A stretch of DNA of 30,505 nt from a virus (taxonomy: Duplodnaviria; Caudoviricetes): positions 1 through 30,505 of IMG/VR virus record IMGVR_UViG_3300033232_000032, one strand, 5' to 3'. Positions 1 through 6,669 of the stretch are shown in pieces. Below the pieces are notes generated by a model. It saw only the letters and a list, made by a program, of their open reading frames with translations, did no database searches and was not told the DNA's origin. The translations under genes were made by a program, and so were the position numbers. The number at the start of each line of letters is the position of its first letter. The stretch's first letter is position 1.

Positions 1-127
1 CTTGTGGTTGCCTTGCCGAGCCGGGCCTTGCCTTGCCATGCCATGCCTGCCTTGTGGTTGCCACGCCACGCCATGCCATGCCATGCCCAGCCTGCCTTGT
101 GGTTGCCTTGCCCAGCCCGGCCTTGCC
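1..127. repeat. Terminal direct repeat, left copy (assembly circularisation overlap)
   Basis: Identical to 30379-30505. 127 nt equals a common de Bruijn k-mer size. Confidence 0.9.
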
Positions 128-196
128 GCGCCTTGCCTGCCTTGCCTGCCTTGTGGTTGCCTTGCCCAGCCATGCCATGCCATGCCTGCCTTGCTT
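1..196 (-). ncRNA. Putative guide-RNA array of four (NN-GGC)5-7 units separated by constant AACCACAAGGCAGGC; continues across the junction to ~30371
   Basis: Minus strand after the TAA of 197-820: AAGGCAGGC-[AT,AT,AT,TG,AA]-AACCAC-(AAGGCAGGC)x2-[AA,GC,AA,CG,TG,AA]-AACCACAAGGCAGGC-[TG,AT,AT,AT,GT,GT]-AACCACAAGGCAGGC-[AT,AT,AA,AA,CC,TC,AA]-AACCACAAGGCAGGC, each NN followed by invariant GGC. GTGGTT (+) at 4, 54, 99, 153. The repeat is seen directly; RNA function is inferred. Confidence 0.7.
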
Positions 197-820
197 TTAT
201 GCCCCGGTTACGTCAAATGTCCCGAACCCGAGCCCGGTTGAGCTTTTACTGTCTGGCCGCCCTTCGCCAAGACCAACCTGCAATCCTACACGGGATAGGA
301 GGTTGACAATATCGGCGGTTTTGAACTGGTCAGCATCGTACCAGATACGGACAACTGCCGACCACGCCCGCCACATGGGCCGCGCTCTCAGATCGCAAAC
401 TCCGGTGGCGTTCCGGGTGTGCATGATGTTCATTTCCCAATCGCCGTCAATCATAATCAGCGGCATGCCGTCTCCACTCCTCCCGTCTGATTCAACGAAA
501 ATTGATAGTTTCGCCAGTGTCATTTTAAACCCGACAATCCGGCATGCACTCACGCATGCGGCCCGGATAGAGCTGGCTGGTATCCCCGGCCAGCCGTCGG
601 TTGACAGGTGCAGGGCTTCGCGGCAATCGGCCTCAAAATCACGTGCTTTTTTTGTAGTGCCCTTTTTGCCAGTACTCCCCTGCTGATGTTTCATCATTAA
701 TTCGGCTTTTTTTGCAAACCGCGCCTGCATATAGGGTGCGGTCCCGGTGATTTTCAGTGCGACGGTTTCAAAATTCGGCGGACTAATAACGATGTTTTCC
801 GATTTGTTTTCTTTTTTCAT
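197..820 (-). CDS. Stand-alone Cas7/RAMP-like protein (207 aa)
   Basis: RAMP-like motifs: N-terminal strand LKITGTAPY, IPASSIRAAC (compare Cas7/Csm3 IPGSSLKGA), and C-terminal Gly-rich loop VGLGEGRPDSKSSTGLGFGTF. AAGGAG RBS. Confidence 0.75.
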   Translation of the reverse strand: MKKENKSENIVISPPNFETVALKITGTAPYMQARFAKKAELMMKHQQGSTGKKGTTKKARDFEADCREALHLSTDGWPGIPASSIRAACVSACRIVGFKMTLAKLSIFVESDGRSGDGMPLIMIDGDWEMNIMHTRNATGVCDLRARPMWRAWSAVVRIWYDADQFKTADIVNLLSRVGLQVGLGEGRPDSKSSTGLGFGTFDVTGA

Positions 821-857
821 GGTGTCTCTCCTTTTTTTGTGGATTATTCCACGGTTG

Positions 858-1016
858 TTAATCGTTTAAATAAACTTCTACTTTTTCGTAGACTTTACGT
901 AAATTTTTCGCGATAATTTCAGCGTTTTTCTTATCCATCAGCCCTGTTCGGACCCACCTACCGTCATCGTCTGTTATCCATTCCCAATATTTTACTCTGT
1001 ATTTAATGTTTTTCAT
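858..1016 (-). CDS. Hypothetical protein (52 aa, MKNIKYRVKYW...)
   Basis: Part of ORF 858-1055; start moved to the ATG after GAAGGTGG. Confidence 0.6.
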   Translation of the reverse strand: MKNIKYRVKYWEWITDDDGRWVRTGLMDKKNAEIIAKNLRKVYEKVEVYLND

Positions 1017-1137
1017 CGGAGCCACCTTCTGGATCTTCTTCGTCCCAGTCTGCACCGGCGTTTATTACCACCGCGCAGACAACGATTATTGCGAGGGCAA
1101 AAAAGAAAATGGCTAAAGCACCTGCTACGTATGCCAT
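1003..1137 (-). CDS. Small membrane protein (44 aa, MAYVAGALAIFFFALAIIVVCAVVINAGADWDEEDPEGGSDEKH)
   Basis: Translated by hand; GGGAGG RBS; one hydrophobic segment and an acidic tail; below the ORF-track cutoff. Confidence 0.6.
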   Translation of the reverse strand: MAYVAGALAIFFFALAIIVVCAVVINAGADWDEEDPEGGSDEKH

Positions 1138-1209
1138 GGTGTACCTCCCTAATAGTTCCGCAGAAACGCTGCCCTCGACAGAGTTGCAAACGTTTCTGCG
1201 GCAGGGTCA

Positions 1210-1479
1210 TTATTCATATCTTGATGATTCTGCCAGCTCTAACATCATTTCAAAAACTTTCATGCTATCGCCGCGGCGAAATTTTCGACAATCATATTTT
1301 GTTGCGGAGATTCTTTCTCCATCATTAGATCTGGCGTTGACCCATTCCTCTAGCTCTTTTTTAGAGCGGAAAACTTGGATATCGCAAGCAATTGACATCC
1401 TCCCCGTTATCGGGTTTGGTTTTCCCGTCGTGCAAGTTCTATTTCCGCCCAAAAATCTAACTCCATAAAATTTTTTCAT
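1210..1479 (-). CDS. Hypothetical protein (89 aa)
   Basis: AAGGAG RBS; first gene after the 1527-1554 promoter. Confidence 0.7.
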   Translation of the reverse strand: MKKFYGVRFLGGNRTCTTGKPNPITGRMSIACDIQVFRSKKELEEWVNARSNDGERISATKYDCRKFRRGDSMKVFEMMLELAESSRYE

Positions 1480-1526
1480 AACTTTCTCCTTTGGTTGATT
1501 GTTGTTTTCCCTGTCTATTAATTGTG

Positions 1527-1554
1527 ATTATATACGCTCTGTGCGCGATTGCAA
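1527..1554 (-). promoter_or_regulatory. Sigma70-type promoter for the operon containing the Cas7-like gene, with an operator-like spacer
   Basis: TTGCAA-N16(TCGCGCACAGAGCGTA)-TATAAT with an AT-rich upstream tract. Confidence 0.7.
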
Positions 1555-1590
1555 GTAAAAAAACGACATTTTTTTAAAATAATTTTGCCA

Positions 1591-3219
1591 TTAATCTTCG
1601 CACCATATCACGCCTTCGCCCGCGCACTTCCCACCGGAACAATGATAAAAAACGTTACCGTTATCCGCTTTACAAATAAACGCGGCAGCATTCCTGTCCG
1701 GGCCTCTCCCACCGTTGTGCCCGTACCCGTGGCGGCATTGCACTTTGACCTTTTCTCCGTGGCTCATCGTTTCGCGGAGGTTACCAAATGATAATGCCTG
1801 GCCGCGATGGGTTGTGAATGTTTCTGACCTCGGCAGGGTGTTAGATTGTGGCCCCTGGATCGTCCCCCGGTCAAACTTCTCTTTGCCTTTTATTTTCCCA
1901 GTGAGCTTTTCGATTGTCCTTTTTTTTATCATCTGCCGATAGACCAGATGCCAATCAAATGGCTCCCCGTGTGTATACCAATACTCTGCTCCTTCCGGTG
2001 ACGCGAAAAAAAATCTGGCCATGTCCTTTGTCGCTGGGTCAACACTCCCTACCAAGTCAAAAAGGGTTGTCATAAAATCGCGGTGATCTTCTGCTTGGAT
2101 TGCCAGCGGGGTTTTCAACCGGATAATCACCCGGAATCTGTTTTTTTCTAATGTGTGGGACCGGGTTGTTATGATCAGGGCGTGACATTTTGCGAATTTC
2201 GCGAGGGCTTCGGTGATATTCATTCCATCATCAAAATCAAGGCAAAGAACGTCTGAAAATCCTAGGTTATTCTCATTTTTACGATGGCCGTTGGCAAATG
2301 AGTATGGGGAGTAACAGCGGTTTTTTGTCACCAGCTCATGTAATGTCGAAAATTCTACTGTTTGTGATTCAAAACCCTTCGGGTTTCGTGCATCGTTGTG
2401 GTCTGCAAAAGACATTCGAACCATGCCGGGGCGAGTTGATTCGTATTCAACCTCTTTTTTATCGGGGAATACGTCCAGTAGTCGCTCCATCTCCCCTGTC
2501 GTTTCATTACGAAAATAGTACCCCAAACCATTTTCTTTTGTGAGTTTAAATATTCTTTTATTCCGCGCTGAGTAGTCATCTGAATTATCGGAATTTAACT
2601 GTTTTTTTATGTGATAGCACCCCCGCGTTCCGTTCGTCCATTCCCCGGCCCCGCGTGGTTTCACTGCACCGTCTTTATAAGCAGTAGCATGGTGAAGAAC
2701 CAAAATAATTTTTTCCTCTTCTGCAGCCCACTCCTTGAACGCGCCCATCATCACGCCTGCATGAGTATTGGAGTTTTCGTCACAACCCTGGAATTGCAGC
2801 AGTGGATCAATAACGACCAGGCCATAATCGATCAGGTCAATTCGCGATTCCCAATATTCATCTGTCAATACCGCGTTCCCGTCATGCAATTTTGTGAATT
2901 TCACGGGTTCCGAGCTGATAAACGATATTTTTGCATCGTAAAATTCCCGAGGTTTTTTGCGCTCGTTTATAATTCGCTCGTATCTGTCCCGGTTTTCACC
3001 CTCTGGGTCTTCGGTCAGCCAGAGTGCGACCCGTTTCCCTGTTTCCTCCGCAAATTCGACGGCTACCCGGATTGACGCGAATGATTTCCCGACACCGCCC
3101 CCAGAGTAAATCATCATAACGGATTGCTCAACCAGGGGGAGATAATGTTTTATATAAACCGTTGGCCGCCTGGTTGTCATCTGCTGAGGTGTTTTTATTT
3201 TCAGTAGCATCACATCCAC
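1591..3219 (-). CDS. Helicase-primase fusion (N-terminal RecA/AAA_25-type helicase, C-terminal AEP/PrimPol-like domain)
   Basis: Walker A GGGVGKS, Walker B LVVIDP, and LHH motif; C-terminal LDFDD, TTRSH and RFRVII motifs; terminal Cys/His cluster. Confidence 0.7.
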   Translation of the reverse strand: MDVMLLKIKTPQQMTTRRPTVYIKHYLPLVEQSVMMIYSGGGVGKSFASIRVAVEFAEETGKRVALWLTEDPEGENRDRYERIINERKKPREFYDAKISFISSEPVKFTKLHDGNAVLTDEYWESRIDLIDYGLVVIDPLLQFQGCDENSNTHAGVMMGAFKEWAAEEEKIILVLHHATAYKDGAVKPRGAGEWTNGTRGCYHIKKQLNSDNSDDYSARNKRIFKLTKENGLGYYFRNETTGEMERLLDVFPDKKEVEYESTRPGMVRMSFADHNDARNPKGFESQTVEFSTLHELVTKNRCYSPYSFANGHRKNENNLGFSDVLCLDFDDGMNITEALAKFAKCHALIITTRSHTLEKNRFRVIIRLKTPLAIQAEDHRDFMTTLFDLVGSVDPATKDMARFFFASPEGAEYWYTHGEPFDWHLVYRQMIKKRTIEKLTGKIKGKEKFDRGTIQGPQSNTLPRSETFTTHRGQALSFGNLRETMSHGEKVKVQCRHGYGHNGGRGPDRNAAAFICKADNGNVFYHCSGGKCAGEGVIWCED

Positions 3220-3839
3220 CCATTTTCAGCGATAATCTCCTCACGTGTCGGGATTCGTTTTTTTGGCGGGGATGGTGGGGGGAGTTGGTCATTGAAACGT
3301 TTTTGATTGAGCCAGGTCGATGGGTGTGGGATATAGCAAGGCTCCTGCCATTGGTCGCATTTTTTGTGAAGTGGGAGCGCGTCGATCGCTGCGATTTTTT
3401 CATCTTCCGTCAGTTTACCCCACGCCCTCTGTGCAGCCTCTTTACCCTCCTTGCGAGGATATGACGGCCAAAATGTTGAGGAAAAAAGAGGGCAATCTTT
3501 TTTACTTCTCTTTTTTGTTTCTGTTTCTGTTTTTGTTTTTGTTTTTGTTTTTGTTTTTGGGTAGGGGTCTGCTAGACTTTGCTTTAGCACTGCTTTAGCA
3601 CTGCTAGCCTTTGCTTTAGCACTGCTAGCTTTTGCTTTACCTCCCTTTTCACCTGATTTTCTCTTTATTTCTCGATAGTTATGAGCTTCGTCGATAATTT
3701 GCTGGATATATTTTATTTCTGATTCACCTTTTTTCAGCTCTTTTGCAAATTGCAACAGAGTCATCTGCTCCCCTTCAGGGTCAGTAGCAAAATCGAACAG
3801 ATCAGAAATAACAATTTTAAAAAAATACATTTCTTTCAT
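3210..3839 (-). CDS. Replication initiator (lambda O-like architecture)
   Basis: Repeat-rich linker (AKASSAK, KTKTKT) and C-terminal FWPSYPRKEGKEAAQRAW...PHPSTWLNQKRFND domain typical of phage initiators; upstream of the helicase. Confidence 0.75.
   Translation of the reverse strand: MKEMYFFKIVISDLFDFATDPEGEQMTLLQFAKELKKGESEIKYIQQIIDEAHNYREIKRKSGEKGGKAKASSAKAKASSAKAVLKQSLADPYPKTKTKTKTKTETETKKRSKKDCPLFSSTFWPSYPRKEGKEAAQRAWGKLTEDEKIAAIDALPLHKKCDQWQEPCYIPHPSTWLNQKRFNDQLPPPSPPKKRIPTREEIIAENGWM
3511..3642. repeat. Putative replication origin: iterons plus a strand-asymmetric A/T tract
   Basis: 21-bp CTGCTAGnnTTTGCTTTAGCA at 3569, 3601 and 3622 (last ends ACCT), partial copy at 3590; (TTTTTG)n tract at 3511-3559. 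Confidence 0.65.
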
Positions 3840-3863
3840 TTCACCACCGCCCTAGATATAAAC

Positions 3864-3927
3864 AAAAAAACCCCCGCATCTGCTACACTATTTGATTGCT
3901 GAGATCATGATAGTGTGATACGGGGGT
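3864..3927 (-). terminator. Terminator/attenuator in the replication-operon leader
   Basis: Minus strand ACCCCCGTATC...GATGCGGGGGT followed by a U-tract, enclosing an inner ACACTAT/ATAGTGT stem. Confidence 0.65.
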
Positions 3928-3976
3928 ATTTTTAATTGTTTTGTAGCATTTTTACTATCACGATCTCAGCACCGCA

Positions 3977-4004
3977 ATAGTAGCACATTTTAACAGTTTG
4001 TCAA
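3977..4004 (-). promoter_or_regulatory. Promoter for the replication genes
   Basis: TTGACA-N16-TACTAT with extended -10 TG. Confidence 0.7.
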
Positions 4005-4005
4005 C

Positions 4006-4884
4006 TCACTTTCGCGCCATCGTTGCGGTAATTGACGGCCTCGCCCACTGCCTGACCCATTTCTGCCAAACCGGATCGCGGCGGCCAGATTTATCACGAT
4101 ATAGCATCGCCATCGGCATAAATCCTGCCTCCTGAGTTTCCCTCATTCGCCGCTCGGCGTCATTGAAACTATCGTGAGGGTATCCGCACAGCACATATGC
4201 CCTCAACGTGTGGCTCGCTTCCGTAAATCCTGCATCAAGCAGCATTTCCCCAGCCGCTTGCAACGGTTCCAGATCGTCGGGCGTATCGTAGGCAAAAAAC
4301 ATTTGCTTGGGGCGAAGCTCCCGCAACGCTTCAATGTGCCACGGCTGCAACCTCTTCGCCTCTAATCCTCCGGTGAACTCGATCCGGCCAAACCGTTTTT
4401 TGGCAATCTTCATCATGGCAAAAACTTTCTTGATATGATCGTCGGAACAGGCCAGCAAATTATCGTCTAGCAGGTTATTCCCGCAGGTGATCGGTAATTC
4501 TCGTATTTTTTCCCCTTCCCGTCGCCATACAGAGCAAAACCAGCACCGATTGGGGCAACCCCTTGACGTCAACACGTACCCTTTTTTCACATACCGCCCC
4601 GGCACAAACTCCCCGCCCGCTTCTCCAGTTGCCGGACCTCCGATCTTAACAGGTGCAACGCACTCCCACGCCTTCACCAGCTTCTCAGCCAGTGGTAAGT
4701 CCCACGAAAACGCCACTGAAACATGAACCTCGTCGGCCTGGTCAAAAAGGTTTGGAGCGCAGCCAATACGCACCAGCGCATCGTCCGGGGTTGCAGCCGT
4801 TTTACGTGGAAAAACTCTTATTATCCGCTTGTCTATAACGTTAAGCTCTTTTTCTTCTGCCACATCACCAGTCATTGCTACCAT
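4006..4884 (-). CDS. Radical SAM protein
   Basis: TSRGCPNRCWFC (CxxxCxxC), DDN motif, FTGG; exact start uncertain. Confidence 0.8.
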   Translation of the reverse strand: MVAMTGDVAEEKELNVIDKRIIRVFPRKTAATPDDALVRIGCAPNLFDQADEVHVSVAFSWDLPLAEKLVKAWECVAPVKIGGPATGEAGGEFVPGRYVKKGYVLTSRGCPNRCWFCSVWRREGEKIRELPITCGNNLLDDNLLACSDDHIKKVFAMMKIAKKRFGRIEFTGGLEAKRLQPWHIEALRELRPKQMFFAYDTPDDLEPLQAAGEMLLDAGFTEASHTLRAYVLCGYPHDSFNDAERRMRETQEAGFMPMAMLYRDKSGRRDPVWQKWVRQWARPSITATMARK

Positions 4885-5149
4885 CGTCCAGCTCTCCGAT
4901 TACCGACACAATTAAATCAACCAGGCGGTCATGGTTGTTTTTATCACGCGGGCCGAATCCGTCAACTAAATGGCTGGCCTCGGCGGTCGCCTCAACGAGA
5001 GGGAGCGCGCGCCTTAGGAGCGGCAGGATGAAATCACATGCGTCGCAGAACCCCCGGCGATATGCTGGCGGGATGTCAGGGGGGTTTTCCATTTCGCTAT
5101 GCCACAGATGCCATCCGTCAATCATTTTATTTTTCAGCGTTTTGTTCAT
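4865..5149 (-). CDS. Hypothetical protein (94 aa)
   Basis: AGGGGG RBS-like motif; overlaps the next gene. Confidence 0.6.
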   Translation of the reverse strand: MNKTLKNKMIDGWHLWHSEMENPPDIPPAYRRGFCDACDFILPLLRRALPLVEATAEASHLVDGFGPRDKNNHDRLVDLIVSVIGELDDGSNDW

Positions 5150-5310
5150 TTCTACCCCCTTTTTCTGTCTTTAGATACAATTCACATTATGCTGCGATAA
5201 ATTCGATCTGCTGTCACTCTATTGGTTTAATGTAGCCGAACCCTTCCCCTGCGGAGATAATCGCCTGTGAGGTATCCTGCGCCGTTGTGTGATGTATTTT
5301 ATCCATGCCG

Positions 5311-5526
5311 TCATCTAAAAATTAACTTGCTCAACGCGTTCCAGTCAAGAGCCAGGTTGTTGAGAAGCTGATAAAGGCGGTTCATTTCGGTGTGAAATGC
5401 GAGGTTGTATTTCGTCGCCCATATTTCATGTGCGTCAGTTTTGGTCGGTGGACGTTCTCCGGCAACCGCTTCCGCGTATTTTTCCGCGCGGGGGATGAGC
5501 ATGTTTCTGCGTTCCTCGTATGTCAT
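5311..5526 (-). CDS. Hypothetical protein (71 aa)
   Basis: ATGA coupling to the upstream gene; GAGGAG RBS. Confidence 0.7.
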   Translation of the reverse strand: MTYEERRNMLIPRAEKYAEAVAGERPPTKTDAHEIWATKYNLAFHTEMNRLYQLLNNLALDWNALSKLIFR

Positions 5527-5855
5527 TTTTTTATCTCCTCAATAGTTATTTCGACGCTGTGGTTTTTGTCAATTCGTTGAGAAAATACGAACTCCCACCG
5601 CTCATCTCCGTCATCAACTCCGTATGCGTCGGCGATCCCGTCAATCACGTGCTTGAGCATGCCCGGCAGGTTATGCCGATCAGCACGACGCGGCCCTACT
5701 CTGCACAGGCTCACGCGCACCGGGAACGGTGGGAGGTTCGCGGCTTTTGCTGACAGCCGCGCCATCGTTCGTTCAGTTTTTGCGCGTTTTGCCTCAACCG
5801 CCCAATGCTGGCGGCGGTTCCCTGGTGTTGTTGTGTGCAGCGATAAAACAATCAT
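5523..5855 (-). CDS. RusA-like endodeoxyribonuclease/resolvase
   Basis: DRHNLPGMLKHVIDGIADAYGVDD resembles the RusA DxDN..K...D motif. Confidence 0.65.
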   Translation of the reverse strand: MIVLSLHTTTPGNRRQHWAVEAKRAKTERTMARLSAKAANLPPFPVRVSLCRVGPRRADRHNLPGMLKHVIDGIADAYGVDDGDERWEFVFSQRIDKNHSVEITIEEIKK

Positions 5856-6145
5856 TTTCCCACCTCGACGAAATGCCCGGAATTAATCGCCTCGCCGAGG
5901 GTTGCAACGATCAACGCAAATTGAGATTCCCACATATCCGGGGAGCGGTGCATCTCGGCATGATGGGAATGGCACAGCGGCATTGTCGCCCAGTCTGGGG
6001 ATTTTAAACCTGCACCGCTCATGTGCCCAGTTCCCTTTATGTGGTGAACCTCTGCCGGTTGCCCGCAGATCGAGCAGGGGAGAGTCCGAACCCACTCGAT
6101 ATATTTTTTCGATTGCCACCTGCACGGTTTATGTTGTTTGTTCAT
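5852..6145 (-). CDS. DUF968-like Zn-binding HNH-type protein
   Basis: SKKYIEWVRTLPCSICG...HH...PLCHSHH. Confidence 0.75.
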   Translation of the reverse strand: MNKQHKPCRWQSKKYIEWVRTLPCSICGQPAEVHHIKGTGHMSGAGLKSPDWATMPLCHSHHAEMHRSPDMWESQFALIVATLGEAINSGHFVEVGK

Positions 6146-6171
6146 TTTCTCTTCTCCTTTGGTTTATTTTA

Positions 6172-6669
6172 TTATTTTCTGTACCCGTCCGGGTCAGTCA
6201 GCGTCACCCCAGTGGCGGCAGCGTCCTGTTCGATCACTCGCAAAACCTCGGCGTTTTCCTCGACTGTTAAAAAATTCGTGCTGAGCAGACCCTTCAAAAT
6301 CTCAGCGAGTTTTTCCGCTTGCGTTGTCGCCCCTGAACGGTATAGGTCGATCAACTCTTGATACATCTCATAGACAGGATTGACCAACTCGGCGGTACTC
6401 GGTCGGGATTTGAGCAGGTCGAAAACGATCCCCTTTTTGTATCTGTCGTGCAGTTCGTCTTTGCGGTAACCGGTGCCATTTGCGAGTTGTCCGATCCACA
6501 GAAAATACAAATGCCTCTGCTTTTCTGTCCGGGTCAGCTGCGTCCGGGAAAATCGGATAACCACCGGCCTTTTTTCATCGACGGTCAGCCCCAGCACCGC
6601 AGAAATAGCGCGGTCTTTCTGGGGCTGACCCCTTATCGTGATTGGAGGTGGCAATGTTGGCATTATCAA
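6172..6669 (-). CDS. NinB/Orf-like recombination protein
   Basis: RTEKQRHLYFLWIGQLA resembles NinB RSxxQNxxLWxxLxDIA; C-terminal ST..LT.EE...L..IE..AA..GV.L. Confidence 0.6.
   Translation of the reverse strand: MIMPTLPPPITIRGQPQKDRAISAVLGLTVDEKRPVVIRFSRTQLTRTEKQRHLYFLWIGQLANGTGYRKDELHDRYKKGIVFDLLKSRPSTAELVNPVYEMYQELIDLYRSGATTQAEKLAEILKGLLSTNFLTVEENAEVLRVIEQDAAATGVTLTDPDGYRK

Noticed and set aside
1-196. Canonical CRISPR array or simple microsatellite
   Set aside because: The constant part is only ~15-18 nt and the intervening sequences are patterned pentamers, not foreign spacers. Variation is too position-restricted for a simple satellite.
2-686. Plus-strand Cys/Pro-rich ORFs 2-241, 4-306 and 33-686
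   Set aside because: Stop-free by-products of the pentamer array, antisense to the Cas7-like gene.
1013-1210. 65-aa Arg/Cys-rich ORF
   Set aside because: Crosses a hairpin and overlaps the better-supported 1003-1137 ORF with a strong RBS.
3320-3598. ORF with an FLFLFL run resembling a membrane protein
   Set aside because: Antisense reading of the (TTTTTG)n origin tract.
3901-3917. Partial gapped self-match ATcATgATaGT to array unit TG-AT-AT-AT-GT-GT
   Set aside because: Only 4 of 6 dinucleotides match; 8 specified bases are expected about once by chance in 60 kb of both strands. No exhaustive scan was possible.
5214-5306. Possible 30-aa minus-strand ORF (MDKIHHTTAQ...)
   Set aside because: Short, no clear RBS or motif.
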